IMG/VR virus record: IMGVR_UViG_3300035490_000050
Coordinates: 64,001-128,000 of that record
Strand: one strand, 5' to 3'
DNA: 64,000 bases
From: a virus
Part shown: piece by piece, positions 21,583-30,933 of the stretch
Layout: each line of letters begins with the position of its first letter
Numbering within the stretch: the first letter of the stretch is position 1
Position numbers and translations under genes: made by a program
The notes under the pieces: generated by a model
Told to the model about the DNA's origin: nothing
Databases searched by the model: none
What the model saw: the letters and a program-made list of their open reading frames with translations, nothing else

Positions 21583-22818
21583 TCATTTCGCTGCCTCCCG
21601 CAGGTATGTTTCCCATGCCTTCCAGTTGTTTTCCCAATCGTACTTCGGGTCAAGACTTGTTCGCTTACCGATCCATTCCTCAGCCTTTGCAGCCCACTCC
21701 TCTGCGCGATAGACAGGACGCTTACACGCATAGGAACCTTCGTAATAGAATCCGATTGGATCAACAAGCATACCAGGATCAACCAGCGCAGCCCCTCCCG
21801 CGTAGGAGCCGGTCACGCAAGGTACGCCGCAGGCCATACCCTCCGCATGGACGTAGCCGAAGCCTTCGGGGGCGATACCAAGAACAAGATCGGCTGCGCT
21901 GTAGATAGTTGCCATCCTTGAGTCGGTAATATTGCCGAGCGAGATCACTGTTTTGTCCAGCATCCCAAAATCTGCCAAAAGATTAGGAATTGACCAATAG
22001 CGTTCAAGCGAATCTATGTGTAGATGCAGCCTTATTTTGTGCTTTTGCGCCAAAATGCCTGCTGTTTCAATCCCAAGCGCAAAATTTTTCCGACTCTGAT
22101 TTGTCCCTAAGATCGAAACCAACACTTCATCATCCGCGATAGGAGCAGTAGTTTTGACCTGTCCTATCATGTGGAAGAAGTTCTGTGCCCCAGTGTAGTC
22201 AAGGAATAGTTTTCTGCTCAACTTGCGCGGGAGTTCATAGAAAATCTCGGAATCAATACCATGAGGAAGGTGAGTCAAATGCCTCTGGTTAGCGTTCTCA
22301 TCCCCTATAGTCCTGCGGATAACGCCCTCTCCGAACGGCCCATAGGCCAACAGGCGGTCGAAGCCGAGTAGTGTCTTCATGATTGGAAAGGTAAGGCGGT
22401 CGTTAGGCCCAGAAGAATCTATCGGCACATAACCCCACAACTCAAACGGTCTGCTCATGGCCCACTGCTGGAGGCCAGGGAACTTGCTAAAGAGTTCGTT
22501 GCATCCTCTTGGCGCGGCAAGCCATGTTAAGCGATGAAGATCCCAAATCGTAAGGATGGTCGCTTTTTCTTTACCGAAGAAGTCGTCGCATACCTGCGGT
22601 AAGGAAGGCAGAATCCAGTCACTCATCCCCTCCATTGGAAATTGCGGAACCTTGATTTTGGATGTTCCTACTCCGCCGTAGCCCATGGTTGCTACTTCAT
22701 AGACATCACTCAAGTTTTCGATGATCTTTCCAACCAGATCGCGGTGGATTCTTCCCAAGCCAGTCTGCGCTGAAATCGCATCACTGATCGTTAATAGCTT
22801 TCTCTTCTTGTCGGCCAT
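21583..22818 (-). CDS. GT-B (family 4-like) glycosyltransferase
   Basis: TGLGR, PHGID, NQSRKN, EGFGYVHAEGMACGVP. Confidence 0.9.
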   Translation of the reverse strand: MADKKRKLLTISDAISAQTGLGRIHRDLVGKIIENLSDVYEVATMGYGGVGTSKIKVPQFPMEGMSDWILPSLPQVCDDFFGKEKATILTIWDLHRLTWLAAPRGCNELFSKFPGLQQWAMSRPFELWGYVPIDSSGPNDRLTFPIMKTLLGFDRLLAYGPFGEGVIRRTIGDENANQRHLTHLPHGIDSEIFYELPRKLSRKLFLDYTGAQNFFHMIGQVKTTAPIADDEVLVSILGTNQSRKNFALGIETAGILAQKHKIRLHLHIDSLERYWSIPNLLADFGMLDKTVISLGNITDSRMATIYSAADLVLGIAPEGFGYVHAEGMACGVPCVTGSYAGGAALVDPGMLVDPIGFYYEGSYACKRPVYRAEEWAAKAEEWIGKRTSLDPKYDWENNWKAWETYLREAAK

Positions 22819-22913
22819 GACGAAAACTGTACCGCATAAGAGAACGGCTGTCAAGCGGAAAATAAAGCAAAAAAGTTCTTGACAAGCATATTCGCTTTTG
22901 CTAGTCTCGCTCC

Positions 22914-23171
22914 ATGAAACTTGCAGACATGAAGCCGTCCAAGCGCGTATTGGCGACAACAAAGAAGCCAACTAAAACGCGCCTACTTGTTGATCTTCAA
23001 GGGTTAAGGGAGGGGAAAGGGGTAACAATCCGGCAGGTAGAAAAGGCAATTAAGGTGAGCAACGCCACGCTCTGCCAGATTGAGCATGGATGCACCCCGC
23101 GTTTGGATTCCGCTTTGAAGATTGCGGCATTTGTTGATATTCCTGTTGAAAAGATTTGGGCGCTGAAGTAA
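22914..23171 (+). CDS. XRE/Cro HTH protein, likely leaderless
   Basis: LREGKGVTIRQV..LCQIEHG; TTGACA-17-TAGTCT just upstream. Confidence 0.85.
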   Translation: MKLADMKPSKRVLATTKKPTKTRLLVDLQGLREGKGVTIRQVEKAIKVSNATLCQIEHGCTPRLDSALKIAAFVDIPVEKIWALK

Positions 23172-23223
23172 AAGTGAGGAACTAGCGAAGTATCCTGACG
23201 GGATTCCATTTTAGGAGAAACAC

Positions 23224-23631
23224 ATGAACGCACAAGATATTCGTACTCTTAACGAGAGGATTCAGGAGCAGATGCTCAACGCACAGACTGTAGGTGAGCA
23301 GGAGGCTGGATTTAAGTCTCTATTACTCTCGCTGCTCTCTGAATTGGCCGTACAGATGGCCGATGCGAACGACTACCTGAAAATGTACTCTAACCCACCG
23401 ATGGTATTTGAAGGCACTCACCTTAATCCTGCTGATTTCTCGGATTTACCTCAACCTATTACTTTTACGCCCGCAGAGCCACGCGCCACCCTGCGCGATC
23501 AGTTTGCTATGGCGGCGATGCAGGGGATACTTGCGAGACCGTTGGCCGGTTATCGCCCTAGTAGAGAAGAGCTTGCAAAGGATGCATATTTCTACGCGGA
23601 AGGAATGCTGGAGGCTCGCAATGCCAAGTAA
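23224..23631 (+). CDS. Phage protein with LRDxFA motif
   Basis: TLRDQFAMAAMQG..AY.YAEGML.AR. Confidence 0.7.
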   Translation: MNAQDIRTLNERIQEQMLNAQTVGEQEAGFKSLLLSLLSELAVQMADANDYLKMYSNPPMVFEGTHLNPADFSDLPQPITFTPAEPRATLRDQFAMAAMQGILARPLAGYRPSREELAKDAYFYAEGMLEARNAK

Positions 23632-24056
23632 CGACCTTCCTAAGTGCTGTGAGGAATGCGGCGATCACGGTTCTCTCTACCTCCACAGCAGGTGTCATCC
23701 TGACGTTCCCACATGGTCTGTGCTGACAGGAAACGTGCTAACCATTCAATGCGCTGAGTGTGAAAACGTGATCGTTAGGTTGAAGGTTAGCGACGTGGTG
23801 AAAGAGGAGACGATTCAGTGAGCAGACATCCGTACACTTATGCAGATGATTATGTTCGTCATCTTGCGGGATATAATGAAACGGGTACAATCCTATCCAG
23901 ATCAGATGCCTCTAGGATATTGGAAGGTATTGCGTTAGCGATAGGATTGGAACATGAGCAACTCGCCACAAAGTTAAGCCTGTATTACCAAGATCACGAA
24001 GAAGAGTTCACAAACCAAGATGTAGAAGCATTTATTGCCTCTACTGGAGTACGCTA

Positions 24057-24332
24057 ATGGCAAAAACACCGAAGTATGCAGGAATCAACCCGATAGAACG
24101 TCTACACAGGGGCGAACCCTACTTTTTCATTCGCGGGCAGGACCGTTTAAGTGTAGCCGCCGTCATTGAATACAGCCATCTCTTACGCCATGAGTCGGTC
24201 AATTCATCTCTGCGTGGAGACAACGAACTGTCAGACTCTCTCGATAAACAGGCAGACGAAGTTTTATCCTATGCGCAGAAGTTCAAGGACTGGCAGCGCG
24301 AGAACCCAGACAAGGTGAAGTACCCGGATTAG
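24057..24332 (+). CDS. Hypothetical phage protein
   Basis: EPYFFIRGQD..KYPD. Confidence 0.6.
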   Translation: MAKTPKYAGINPIERLHRGEPYFFIRGQDRLSVAAVIEYSHLLRHESVNSSLRGDNELSDSLDKQADEVLSYAQKFKDWQRENPDKVKYPD

Positions 24333-24535
24333 CGAACTAGCGGATGACCGAAGCCACCACCGAAGCCACTAGCCAGCGGGACCAAAAGGTACAGAAGCCA
24401 GATGCAGAATATTACGACGATCACAACTCTGGCGATTTGTGCAAACGGGGCAGGAAGAGGAATCTGAGTGAAAATCCACCAGATCAGGCCGAAGATGATG
24501 CACATTACAAGTACCGTTATCAGCAGAGAAAGCAT
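24329..24535 (-). CDS. Small two-TM membrane protein
   Basis: Two hydrophobic helices joined by IPLPAP. Confidence 0.65.
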   Translation of the reverse strand: MLSLLITVLVMCIIFGLIWWIFTQIPLPAPFAQIARVVIVVIFCIWLLYLLVPLASGFGGGFGHPLVR

Positions 24536-25168
24536 GAGGCACCTCAGATTCCATTGAACGCCGATTTGATTGTGTAAGTTGAGCAAAACAGGACAGGAGA
24601 ACGAAAATGGCTTACGAAGAATTTTCACATTACGCCCAAAACCGTACTAGCCTCTGGTGTCCGATCTGCGGAGCTGCGGAAGGAAAGGGATGTAACGAAG
24701 TACACGGACTGCGGTTTTCTGGCCATAATTCCTTCGCGCTAGGACAGGTAAGACAAACTCCATCTGTACTTCACTACTACGACCCGCCAGCGTTCTTGGA
24801 CGTTTACCCTGCGCGTAAGGACAAGCCAAGAATAAGTTCAGGGCTGAGGGGATGGGTAAATTGACGAAAAAGAAATTCGAACACGCTCCAGAACTCAACA
24901 CCGATAGTCCTGCTTACGATAAGGTTATTTGTGAGTTGGATAAGATAATATACAGTGACCCGGAAGATGTGGCACAAGAGCTAACGCTCAGAGATGCTTA
25001 TATTTCGATTGAATCTCAGTTGGGAGATTTTATTACCCCGTTTGGAAAGACAAAAGAAGCGCGGCAGGAAGAAGTAAGAAAGTTGTCTGAGGTTTTGCAT
25101 CTGGACCTCACTTTGGGTACGCCAATCTGGAAGATTGTTAAGGACTACGAATCTATGATGAGGGTGAA

Positions 25169-25492
25169 TTGAAGACCACGAAGACTATTGAGATCACAAT
25201 TTGTGACGTGTGCGGAAACGAGAAGCGGCATCAAGACTGGCCGTGTTCTCGCTGCGGTCGGGATATATGCGATGGATGCGAAGAGCATTTTTACGTTGAG
25301 ATGCGTCACACGTCAAAAGAGAGAACATACGGCTCTGGAATGCGTGGATTTCATACGTCTCATATCGCACTAGGAGACTCAAAGCGTGTATGCAAAGAGT
25401 GCGCTGTGGCTATCGTGGAAGGTTTGAACGCCTTGGGGCTTGTGGGAAAGCCGCAGGATGAAGTAGACAAATTTATGGCGGTTATGGATTAA
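25169..25492 (+). CDS. Cys-rich zinc-finger protein
   Basis: Several CxxC pairs. Confidence 0.6.
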   Translation: MKTTKTIEITICDVCGNEKRHQDWPCSRCGRDICDGCEEHFYVEMRHTSKERTYGSGMRGFHTSHIALGDSKRVCKECAVAIVEGLNALGLVGKPQDEVDKFMAVMD

Positions 25493-25495
25493 CGC

Positions 25496-25524
25496 TTGAC
25501 ATCCATTTGATTCCGTGGGAGTAT
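25496..25524 (+). promoter_or_regulatory. Sigma70-type promoter of tRNA operon A
   Basis: TTGACA-17-GAGTAT. Confidence 0.6.
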
Positions 25525-25534
25525 TGAAACTGAC

Positions 25535-25618
25535 ATGCGATTCCTATTATCCAGTTCGCGCTATTGCCTCTCATCGTTGCTGAGAGCAGGCTCGCCATAT
25601 CTGGATAAAGGGATATAA
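25535..25618 (+). CDS. Attenuator leader peptide A (MRFLLSSSRYCLSSLLRAGSPYLDKGI)
   Basis: Leu/Ser/Tyr/Cys codons match the 10 downstream tRNAs; followed by antiterminator and terminator. Confidence 0.85.
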   Translation: MRFLLSSSRYCLSSLLRAGSPYLDKGI

Positions 25619-25642
25619 GATTTCAGAAATCCAGAGTTTGAC

Positions 25643-25673
25643 GAGCCGCTCAGAAATGGGCGGCTTTTGTTTT
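25643..25673 (+). terminator. Attenuator terminator A
   Basis: GAGCCGCTC-AGAAAT-GGGCGGCTT followed by TTGTTTT. Confidence 0.85.
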
Positions 25674-25675
25674 GT

Positions 25676-25760
25676 GCGAGATTGGCGAAATTGGGAGCCG
25701 CGTCCGATTTAAGATCGGATTCCTTTGGGAGTATGGGTTCAAGTCCCTTATCTCGCACCA
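25676..25760 (+). tRNA. tRNA-Leu(TAA)
   Basis: Cloverleaf, V-arm, CCA. Confidence 0.9.
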
Positions 25761-25761
25761 T

Positions 25762-25836
25762 GTACCGGAAGCCAATCGGTTAGGCGGCGGATTGCAGACC
25801 CGCTCTTGGCGAGTTCGATTCTCGCCCGGTACTCCA
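25762..25836 (+). tRNA. tRNA-Cys(GCA)
   Basis: Cloverleaf, U73, CCA. Confidence 0.9.
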
Positions 25837-25847
25837 AGTTTAGTAAG

Positions 25848-25930
25848 GCCCGGATGGTGGAATTGGCAGACACACCAGCTTGAGGGGTTGGCGCGAAAGC
25901 ATACGAGTTCAAGTCTCGTTTCGGGCACCA
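25848..25930 (+). tRNA. tRNA-Leu(GAG)
   Basis: Cloverleaf, V-arm, CCA. Confidence 0.93.
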
Positions 25931-25931
25931 T

Positions 25932-26014
25932 GGGGTTGTGGCGGAATTGGCAGACGCACCCGGCTCAGGACCGGACGCTTTGGCATAAGAGTTCGACTCT
26001 CTTCAGCCCCACCA
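25932..26014 (+). tRNA. tRNA-Leu(CAG)
   Basis: Cloverleaf, V-arm, CCA. Confidence 0.93.
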
Positions 26015-26021
26015 TAAGTTT

Positions 26022-26106
26022 GTCGATGTGGCGAAACTGGAAACCGCGATAGGCTCAAACCCTATTGTCTTATGACTTGCCGGTTCGATCCCGGCCATCG
26101 ACACCA
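26022..26106 (+). tRNA. tRNA-Leu(CAA)
   Basis: Cloverleaf, V-arm, CCA. Confidence 0.93.
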
Positions 26107-26114
26107 AGTTTTAC

Positions 26115-26204
26115 GGAGACGTGGCACAATGGTACTGCACAGCATTGCTAACGCTGCGATACCCCATAAAGGTATTGGGAGTTCAAGTCTCCCCGTCTCC
26201 GCCA
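26115..26204 (+). tRNA. tRNA-Ser(GCT)
   Basis: Cloverleaf, long V-arm, G73, CCA. Confidence 0.92.
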
Positions 26205-26213
26205 TGTTTTAAC

Positions 26214-26304
26214 GGAAGGATGAGCGGAATTGGTATCGCACTCGCTTGGAAAGCGAGCTTACGTCGAAAGGCGTATGCAGGTTCGAGTCCTGTTCCTTCC
26301 GCCA
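26214..26304 (+). tRNA. tRNA-Ser(GGA)
   Basis: Cloverleaf, long V-arm, G73, CCA. Confidence 0.93.
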
Positions 26305-26305
26305 C

Positions 26306-26395
26306 GGTAGAGTTGGGCATGGCTGGCAAGCCCACCGCTCTCGAAAAGCGACGTACCGCAAGGTACTGGCAGATCGTTCCTGCCCTCTACCGCCA
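26306..26395 (+). tRNA. tRNA-Ser(CGA)
   Basis: Cloverleaf, long V-arm, atypical T-loop ATCGTTC. Confidence 0.85.
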
Positions 26396-26400
26396 AGTTT

Positions 26401-26490
26401 GGATACGTTAGGCATGTGCCAAGCCTACCCCGTTTGAAGCGGGACGCTCCTGAAAGGGACTTGGGGGTTGAACTCCCTCCGTATCCGCCA
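26401..26490 (+). tRNA. tRNA-Ser(TGA)
   Basis: Cloverleaf, long V-arm, T-loop TTGAACT. Confidence 0.85.
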
Positions 26491-26495
26491 GTTGT

Positions 26496-26586
26496 GCGCG
26501 TGTGGCTCAGTGGCGACGGCGGCAGTCTGTAGAACTGCTACCCTTTGCGGTGAACATCGGTGGTTCGACTCCATCCACGCGCACCA
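26496..26586 (+). tRNA. tRNA-Tyr(GTA)
   Basis: Cloverleaf, V-arm, CCA. Confidence 0.92.
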
Positions 26587-26588
26587 CT

Positions 26589-26741
26589 CTACTTTGCCAG
26601 CGCCCGTTTTACAGTTCTCTTTTTCTGAGAAACCTTGGTGTAGGGAGTCTGGTTGAGGGCAGGTTTCACTGTTCCTGAGACCTTGTGTTTGGTGTACGGT
26701 TTTTCTTGCAGGGCTGGCTTGACTTCGCGCTTCGTTGGCAT
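26589..26741 (-). CDS. Small basic repeat peptide (50 aa)
   Basis: GAGG RBS; VKPAL/VKPAL/VKRAL and two PYTK repeats; below ORF-track cutoff. Confidence 0.55.
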   Translation of the reverse strand: MPTKREVKPALQEKPYTKHKVSGTVKPALNQTPYTKVSQKKRTVKRALAK

Positions 26742-26849
26742 TGATTCCACCTCATAAACAGATTAGCACAATAGGAATGTGTGGTACAATTCAGGTATTC
26801 CGTCGTTCCGGCCCGACGTTAAGCAACCGGAAAATCTGAAAGGAAAACC

Positions 26850-27311
26850 ATGAGCAAGATAAAAGGTGTAGACACGTCCGTTTCATCCACCCCAAAATTC
26901 TCACAGAACAAGCCTTCAGGCGATTTCACCCACAAAGACCTCAAGCCGTGCGGAGAAGGCGGTTGTCTCCCACTAGAACAGCCTGTAGGATTCGATGAGG
27001 TTGATATTCCTGAAGTGACCTCTCCTATCCCAACCAACTTTTCTACGGTCGTCCAGATCGTCAACGGCGTAGTAACGCCAACGCTGCAAGTACTGCTCTA
27101 CGATGTACTAAGCGTGATCGACGCCTCAATCCCAAACAAGGATCAGAATCGGGCGGTCAAGAAGTTGATTCACGATGGCTTTGACAAGGCGTATCTGGAC
27201 ATCATCCGAGAAGCCTACCCTGATTCCAACTTTGCAATTGGACCAGGACACGCCTTAACGCCTCTAGCCGACAAGAGTATGGCAATTCAGGCGGCAATCA
27301 GCAAGGTGTAA
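26850..27311 (+). CDS. Hypothetical protein
   Basis: AGGA RBS, 153 aa. Confidence 0.65.
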   Translation: MSKIKGVDTSVSSTPKFSQNKPSGDFTHKDLKPCGEGGCLPLEQPVGFDEVDIPEVTSPIPTNFSTVVQIVNGVVTPTLQVLLYDVLSVIDASIPNKDQNRAVKKLIHDGFDKAYLDIIREAYPDSNFAIGPGHALTPLADKSMAIQAAISKV

Positions 27312-27328
27312 AAAGCGCAGAATTATCC

Positions 27329-27357
27329 TTGACAACTCAGGAAAACGGTAGTACCTT
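27329..27357 (+). promoter_or_regulatory. Promoter directly upstream of tRNA-fMet
   Basis: TTGACA-17-TACCTT. Confidence 0.7.
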
Positions 27358-27363
27358 GGGAAA

Positions 27364-27438
27364 TGCGGGTTGGTAGCGCAGTGTCATACGTCAGGCTCAT
27401 AACCTGAAAATCTGGTGCAAGTCCAGTACCCGCAACCA
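27364..27438 (+). tRNA. tRNA-Met(CAT), initiator-like
   Basis: TCAGG-CTCATAA-CCTGA arm, CCCGCAACCA end; atypical D and T loops. Confidence 0.8.
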
Positions 27439-27646
27439 ATCTGGAGGATGTCATGGGAAATGGCATAATTCCGCATTAGCGGCTAGAAACCGCTAATCAG
27501 TAGAGCGAGAATCCGCTGCGGGAGGTAGTATATGCAGCAGCAGAAAAGGTTGGGGGAGATGGAGAAATCCCTCCCCCAGTCTCACAAGTAAAACGAGGCG
27601 TCGACACAAACCCACGCCTATCGCCTACAAATGAAAGTGGTGTGTT

Positions 27647-28330
27647 TTGAAAATCATCGGCGGTCATGATTATTATGATGTAGCACTGTCGATGGGCATT
27701 GATCCACGGATTGTTCTCTTGCGCGGAAAGAGTAAGAGCATACCAGTAAAGGCTGCTGGCGGGAGTTTGCTTGATCGGTACTTGGAACTCAAGCCACAGG
27801 TTACGTACAACACCTACGGCATAGGAATTGAGAATGTTGCCGTGGCATTTTGTGGGAAGGTTTATCGTGGCGCTGTAGGATTGAAGTCGCTGGAGAAGCC
27901 AGAAGGACTCTGGTCAGCAGATAAGGCAAGAGCATTCGTCGCGCAGGAAAAGAATAGAAAGATTGACGTGGACTCACGGTGGTATGATCGCAGAAACAGG
28001 ATGACCATGGAGGAATATTTCACTCCTTTTGATGCTCCTGATGCTTTGCGGAACTACATGATCGCCAACAAGATTTCGATTCTGGTTGAAGAGCCGCCAA
28101 AGTACCGTGGCGAGGAAAGCTATTTTCAGGTCAATCCTTTCACGCTGAAGCAACTAGGATTCGCAAAGGCTCTTGACCCATACACGGCTTTTCAGGAACT
28201 TTCGATGTGGATCGGTGGAGTTCTTGGGGGAACGAGTCCAGAGATCGTGACGATCAAGGATGACAAGGTTTTGATTGAGAATCACGGGTTTGACAACCGA
28301 TTCTCATTTCGCGGTCCTCGGATCGCATAG
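27647..28330 (+). CDS. Conserved-looking phage hypothetical protein
   Basis: DYYD..DPYTAFQELSMWIGG..HGFD..SFR. Confidence 0.7.
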   Translation: MKIIGGHDYYDVALSMGIDPRIVLLRGKSKSIPVKAAGGSLLDRYLELKPQVTYNTYGIGIENVAVAFCGKVYRGAVGLKSLEKPEGLWSADKARAFVAQEKNRKIDVDSRWYDRRNRMTMEEYFTPFDAPDALRNYMIANKISILVEEPPKYRGEESYFQVNPFTLKQLGFAKALDPYTAFQELSMWIGGVLGGTSPEIVTIKDDKVLIENHGFDNRFSFRGPRIA

Positions 28331-28337
28331 GATTTAC

Positions 28338-28413
28338 GCAACCGTAGCATAGCGGCTAATGTACTTGATTGTCGATCAAGGGTACGCCAGTTCGAATCTG
28401 GTCGGTTGCGCCA
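28338..28413 (+). tRNA. tRNA-Asp(GTC)
   Basis: Cloverleaf, G73, CCA. Confidence 0.92.
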
Positions 28414-28428
28414 TAATCTGAGGACGCC

Positions 28429-28935
28429 ATGAGAGATCGCGCAAAGACAATAGCATCTCTCAGACGGCTTATAGAGCGTCCTGGTACGCCGCAGGAAGGC
28501 GAAACAGCAAGACGCCTATTAGAAATGATGGGCGGGAAGGATTGGGTTCCGCGTCCTTTCGATGCAAGCATGTATCCTTGCGGAACTGAGGTTTTCTACT
28601 GCTACTGGACATACGATAACGAACATGGAGTGGTTTGCAAGCAGCCGCCAAAGATAGAAAGAGGCCAATGGTGGATGCGAATCAAATTCGATAAGCTGAA
28701 GCAGCCGCGTTGGGTAGCAGTAACGAGCGAACTTGGATGCCATTTAGGTTTTGAGCCGTTCAAGGGAAACGACAAGGAAGTTCTCTACCATCGGGATATA
28801 GAATGGGAAGAGACGTATCGGAAGATGATTGAAGAATTCAGGGCGCTAGGAATTGACGTAAGCCGACTTGAGCACGAAGAGGTACAAGATGCACGCGATA
28901 CCGGGTTGGATGTGCGGAGTGGACTTCTCCTGTGA
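28429..28935 (+). CDS. Hypothetical protein (DUF2786-like N-terminus)
   Basis: IASLRRL..TPQEGETARRLL. Confidence 0.55.
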   Translation: MRDRAKTIASLRRLIERPGTPQEGETARRLLEMMGGKDWVPRPFDASMYPCGTEVFYCYWTYDNEHGVVCKQPPKIERGQWWMRIKFDKLKQPRWVAVTSELGCHLGFEPFKGNDKEVLYHRDIEWEETYRKMIEEFRALGIDVSRLEHEEVQDARDTGLDVRSGLLL

Positions 28936-29183
28936 ATTAGGGGAAGCGAACGGCGGGAATACGATCTATCCGTCAGAGGAAAATCTCCGCGCCAACAGGA
29001 AATGCGTAAATTCCTCAGCGCCAGAGGATAAGATGTGCTACCCTGTTGAAGTCGTCACGATGTCGAAAGAGGACTTTCTTGAACTGGTAGAGAAGGCTGG
29101 CATTGATCCTGCGGCGATTCGGTCAAGCAATTGGGGACCAGCGGTTTGGACGAAAGAACAGGGATTGATTCAGTAGAGTTTTT

Positions 29184-29261
29184 GAGATGGCAGAGTGCGT
29201 TGGTTTGCTCCACGGCTTTTCACACCGTGCCACGCGGGTTCGATTCCCGTCCATCTCGCCA
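29184..29261 (+). tRNA. tRNA-Glu(TTC)
   Basis: Cloverleaf with 31:39 mismatch, CCA. Confidence 0.8.
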
Positions 29262-29267
29262 AGTTTT

Positions 29268-29345
29268 GGGGTCACCGTCTAAATGGATTTGGATACCTGA
29301 TTCTCACTCAGGAGATTGCGAGTTCGATCCTCGCTGACCCTACCA
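29268..29345 (+). tRNA. tRNA-Glu(CTC)
   Basis: Cloverleaf, CCA. Confidence 0.9.
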
Positions 29346-29423
29346 CAATTCAAGACTCGCGACCTGATCTGAGTCAACGGGCTGGCACGGTGACCAGTGC
29401 ATCAACCGAAAAGGAGAATAACG

Positions 29424-29798
29424 ATGCGTACCCGTTGCAAGTTCAGAGTCGTTGGTATTGAGAGTGTTGAACACGCGATCTTCAAGAAGGTATACAAGGC
29501 CGATGTGAGCGCCGAAGAATATGAAGCGATCACATCTCAAGAGTGGACCGAATATCCTCCCAATCCAGACAGGCGTCTCGGTGGTGGTCCTGAGCCAAAG
29601 TTGTACAAGCAGATATTTCTAGCGAACGCTCAGAATATCCGATTGGCTGCTCAGTACGACCCTTCCATTCCCGAAGATCAGCGGTTCATGGAAGCCACAC
29701 CCTCTGGGGAAATCAAGATGTATATTTCCAATCCCGCAGTGATAAACGGCTTCAAGATCGGAACGAACTACTACGTTGATCTGACGCCCTGCGATTAA
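29424..29798 (+). CDS. Phage hypothetical protein
   Basis: AGGAG RBS; RCKFRV..FMEATPSG..YYVDLTP. Confidence 0.7.
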   Translation: MRTRCKFRVVGIESVEHAIFKKVYKADVSAEEYEAITSQEWTEYPPNPDRRLGGGPEPKLYKQIFLANAQNIRLAAQYDPSIPEDQRFMEATPSGEIKMYISNPAVINGFKIGTNYYVDLTPCD

Positions 29799-29886
29799 CA
29801 TTGTCTGCCGTACCAGCACAAAAAGAGAAGCCCACCGATGTCTTGGTGGGCCTTTCTTTGCACTCCCCTCGTAAGGTGATACCAGT

Positions 29887-30636
29887 TTACTTCTTTGGAC
29901 TTCCCATGTCAACAGGAGCCATCCGACGCGACATTCCTGCCGCTCTCATTGCCCGCACGGGAACGCTCTTGTAGAAGTCGTTCGTCGTTCGTCCAACGCT
30001 TGCGGAGAACGCCATCGTAGCGTGCGCAGTGTTGGCGTAGGCTGCTCTTACATTGCTTTGGTCGAAGACAACCGAATTGGAGAGATTGATGCCCATTGAA
30101 TCTCCAGCCGTGAACGCACTGAGATCAGCGCCGAGGAAGACGAAGGTCCAGTTTCCTTCCTTCTCTTTATTCTCGATCAGTTCCTTGATCTTCGCAAGAT
30201 TGAATTCTCGTGACGAATTTTCCTGCCCGTCCGTCAAGATGACGGTGAGAATCTTTGGCATCATCCCAAGTGACGGAACGCCTGCAAATGATGCTTCGAC
30301 CTTGGAAACAGTGGACCCGATAGCGTCGAGAAGCGCGGTGCCGCCGCATGGAACGTAACTCTGCTTGGTGAGTTCCGGCACCTCAGAGAGAGCGATGGAT
30401 ACGTGACGGTTTTCAAACCGCGTATCGAACAATGTAAGGCTGAAAGCATACGTCGATTTCTTGTCTTTTTTCAACTCACTGATATACGTGTTGAAACCGC
30501 CGATGGTGTCGTCCAAACAGGTAGCCATGGAACCGGACTTGTCGAGAACAAAGTTGATGAGAACCTTACCGTTTTTTGCGGCGGCTGGATTTGACTTCTT
30601 TGCAATCTTCTTTGGTGCGGATTTCTTTGCTGGCAT
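29887..30636 (-). CDS. vWA-domain protein
   Basis: MIDAS DKSGS, GGTALLDA, TDGQENSS. Confidence 0.9.
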   Translation of the reverse strand: MPAKKSAPKKIAKKSNPAAAKNGKVLINFVLDKSGSMATCLDDTIGGFNTYISELKKDKKSTYAFSLTLFDTRFENRHVSIALSEVPELTKQSYVPCGGTALLDAIGSTVSKVEASFAGVPSLGMMPKILTVILTDGQENSSREFNLAKIKELIENKEKEGNWTFVFLGADLSAFTAGDSMGINLSNSVVFDQSNVRAAYANTAHATMAFSASVGRTTNDFYKSVPVRAMRAAGMSRRMAPVDMGSPKK

Positions 30637-30907
30637 TCGTATTCTCCTGTGCTGCTAACGCGGTTGAAAGTGTTGATTCAGGTACGCGGTAGCACCGCTC
30701 CGCGCCAAGGAAGCTGTAGATTGCAGGTCCAGGTTCACGCCGCGAGTTGTAAACGTCATTCAGATATTGCGGCGAGACACCCATCGTCTGCGCAAATTCC
30801 TTTTGCGTCCTCTCCCCTTGAATCTTCTGCATGATTTCCAAGAGTCCTGCGATATTCGTCACCCTGTACATAAATACTATAATACGCGGATTTGTGGTAT
30901 AATGCAA
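30566..30907 (-). CDS. HTH protein
   Basis: TQKEFAQTMGVSPQYLNDV..REPG. Confidence 0.6.
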   Translation of the reverse strand: MHYTTNPRIIVFMYRVTNIAGLLEIMQKIQGERTQKEFAQTMGVSPQYLNDVYNSRREPGPAIYSFLGAERCYRVPESTLSTALAAQENTNASKEIRTKEDCKEVKSSRRKKR

Positions 30908-30933
30908 GTAGAAAGTTTTTGAAAAGGAGTTTC

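Noticed and set aside
25650-26656. ORF-track ORFs across the tRNA arrays (also 31829-32185, 32691-33949, 36972-37669)
   Set aside because: Shadow frames of structured RNA genes
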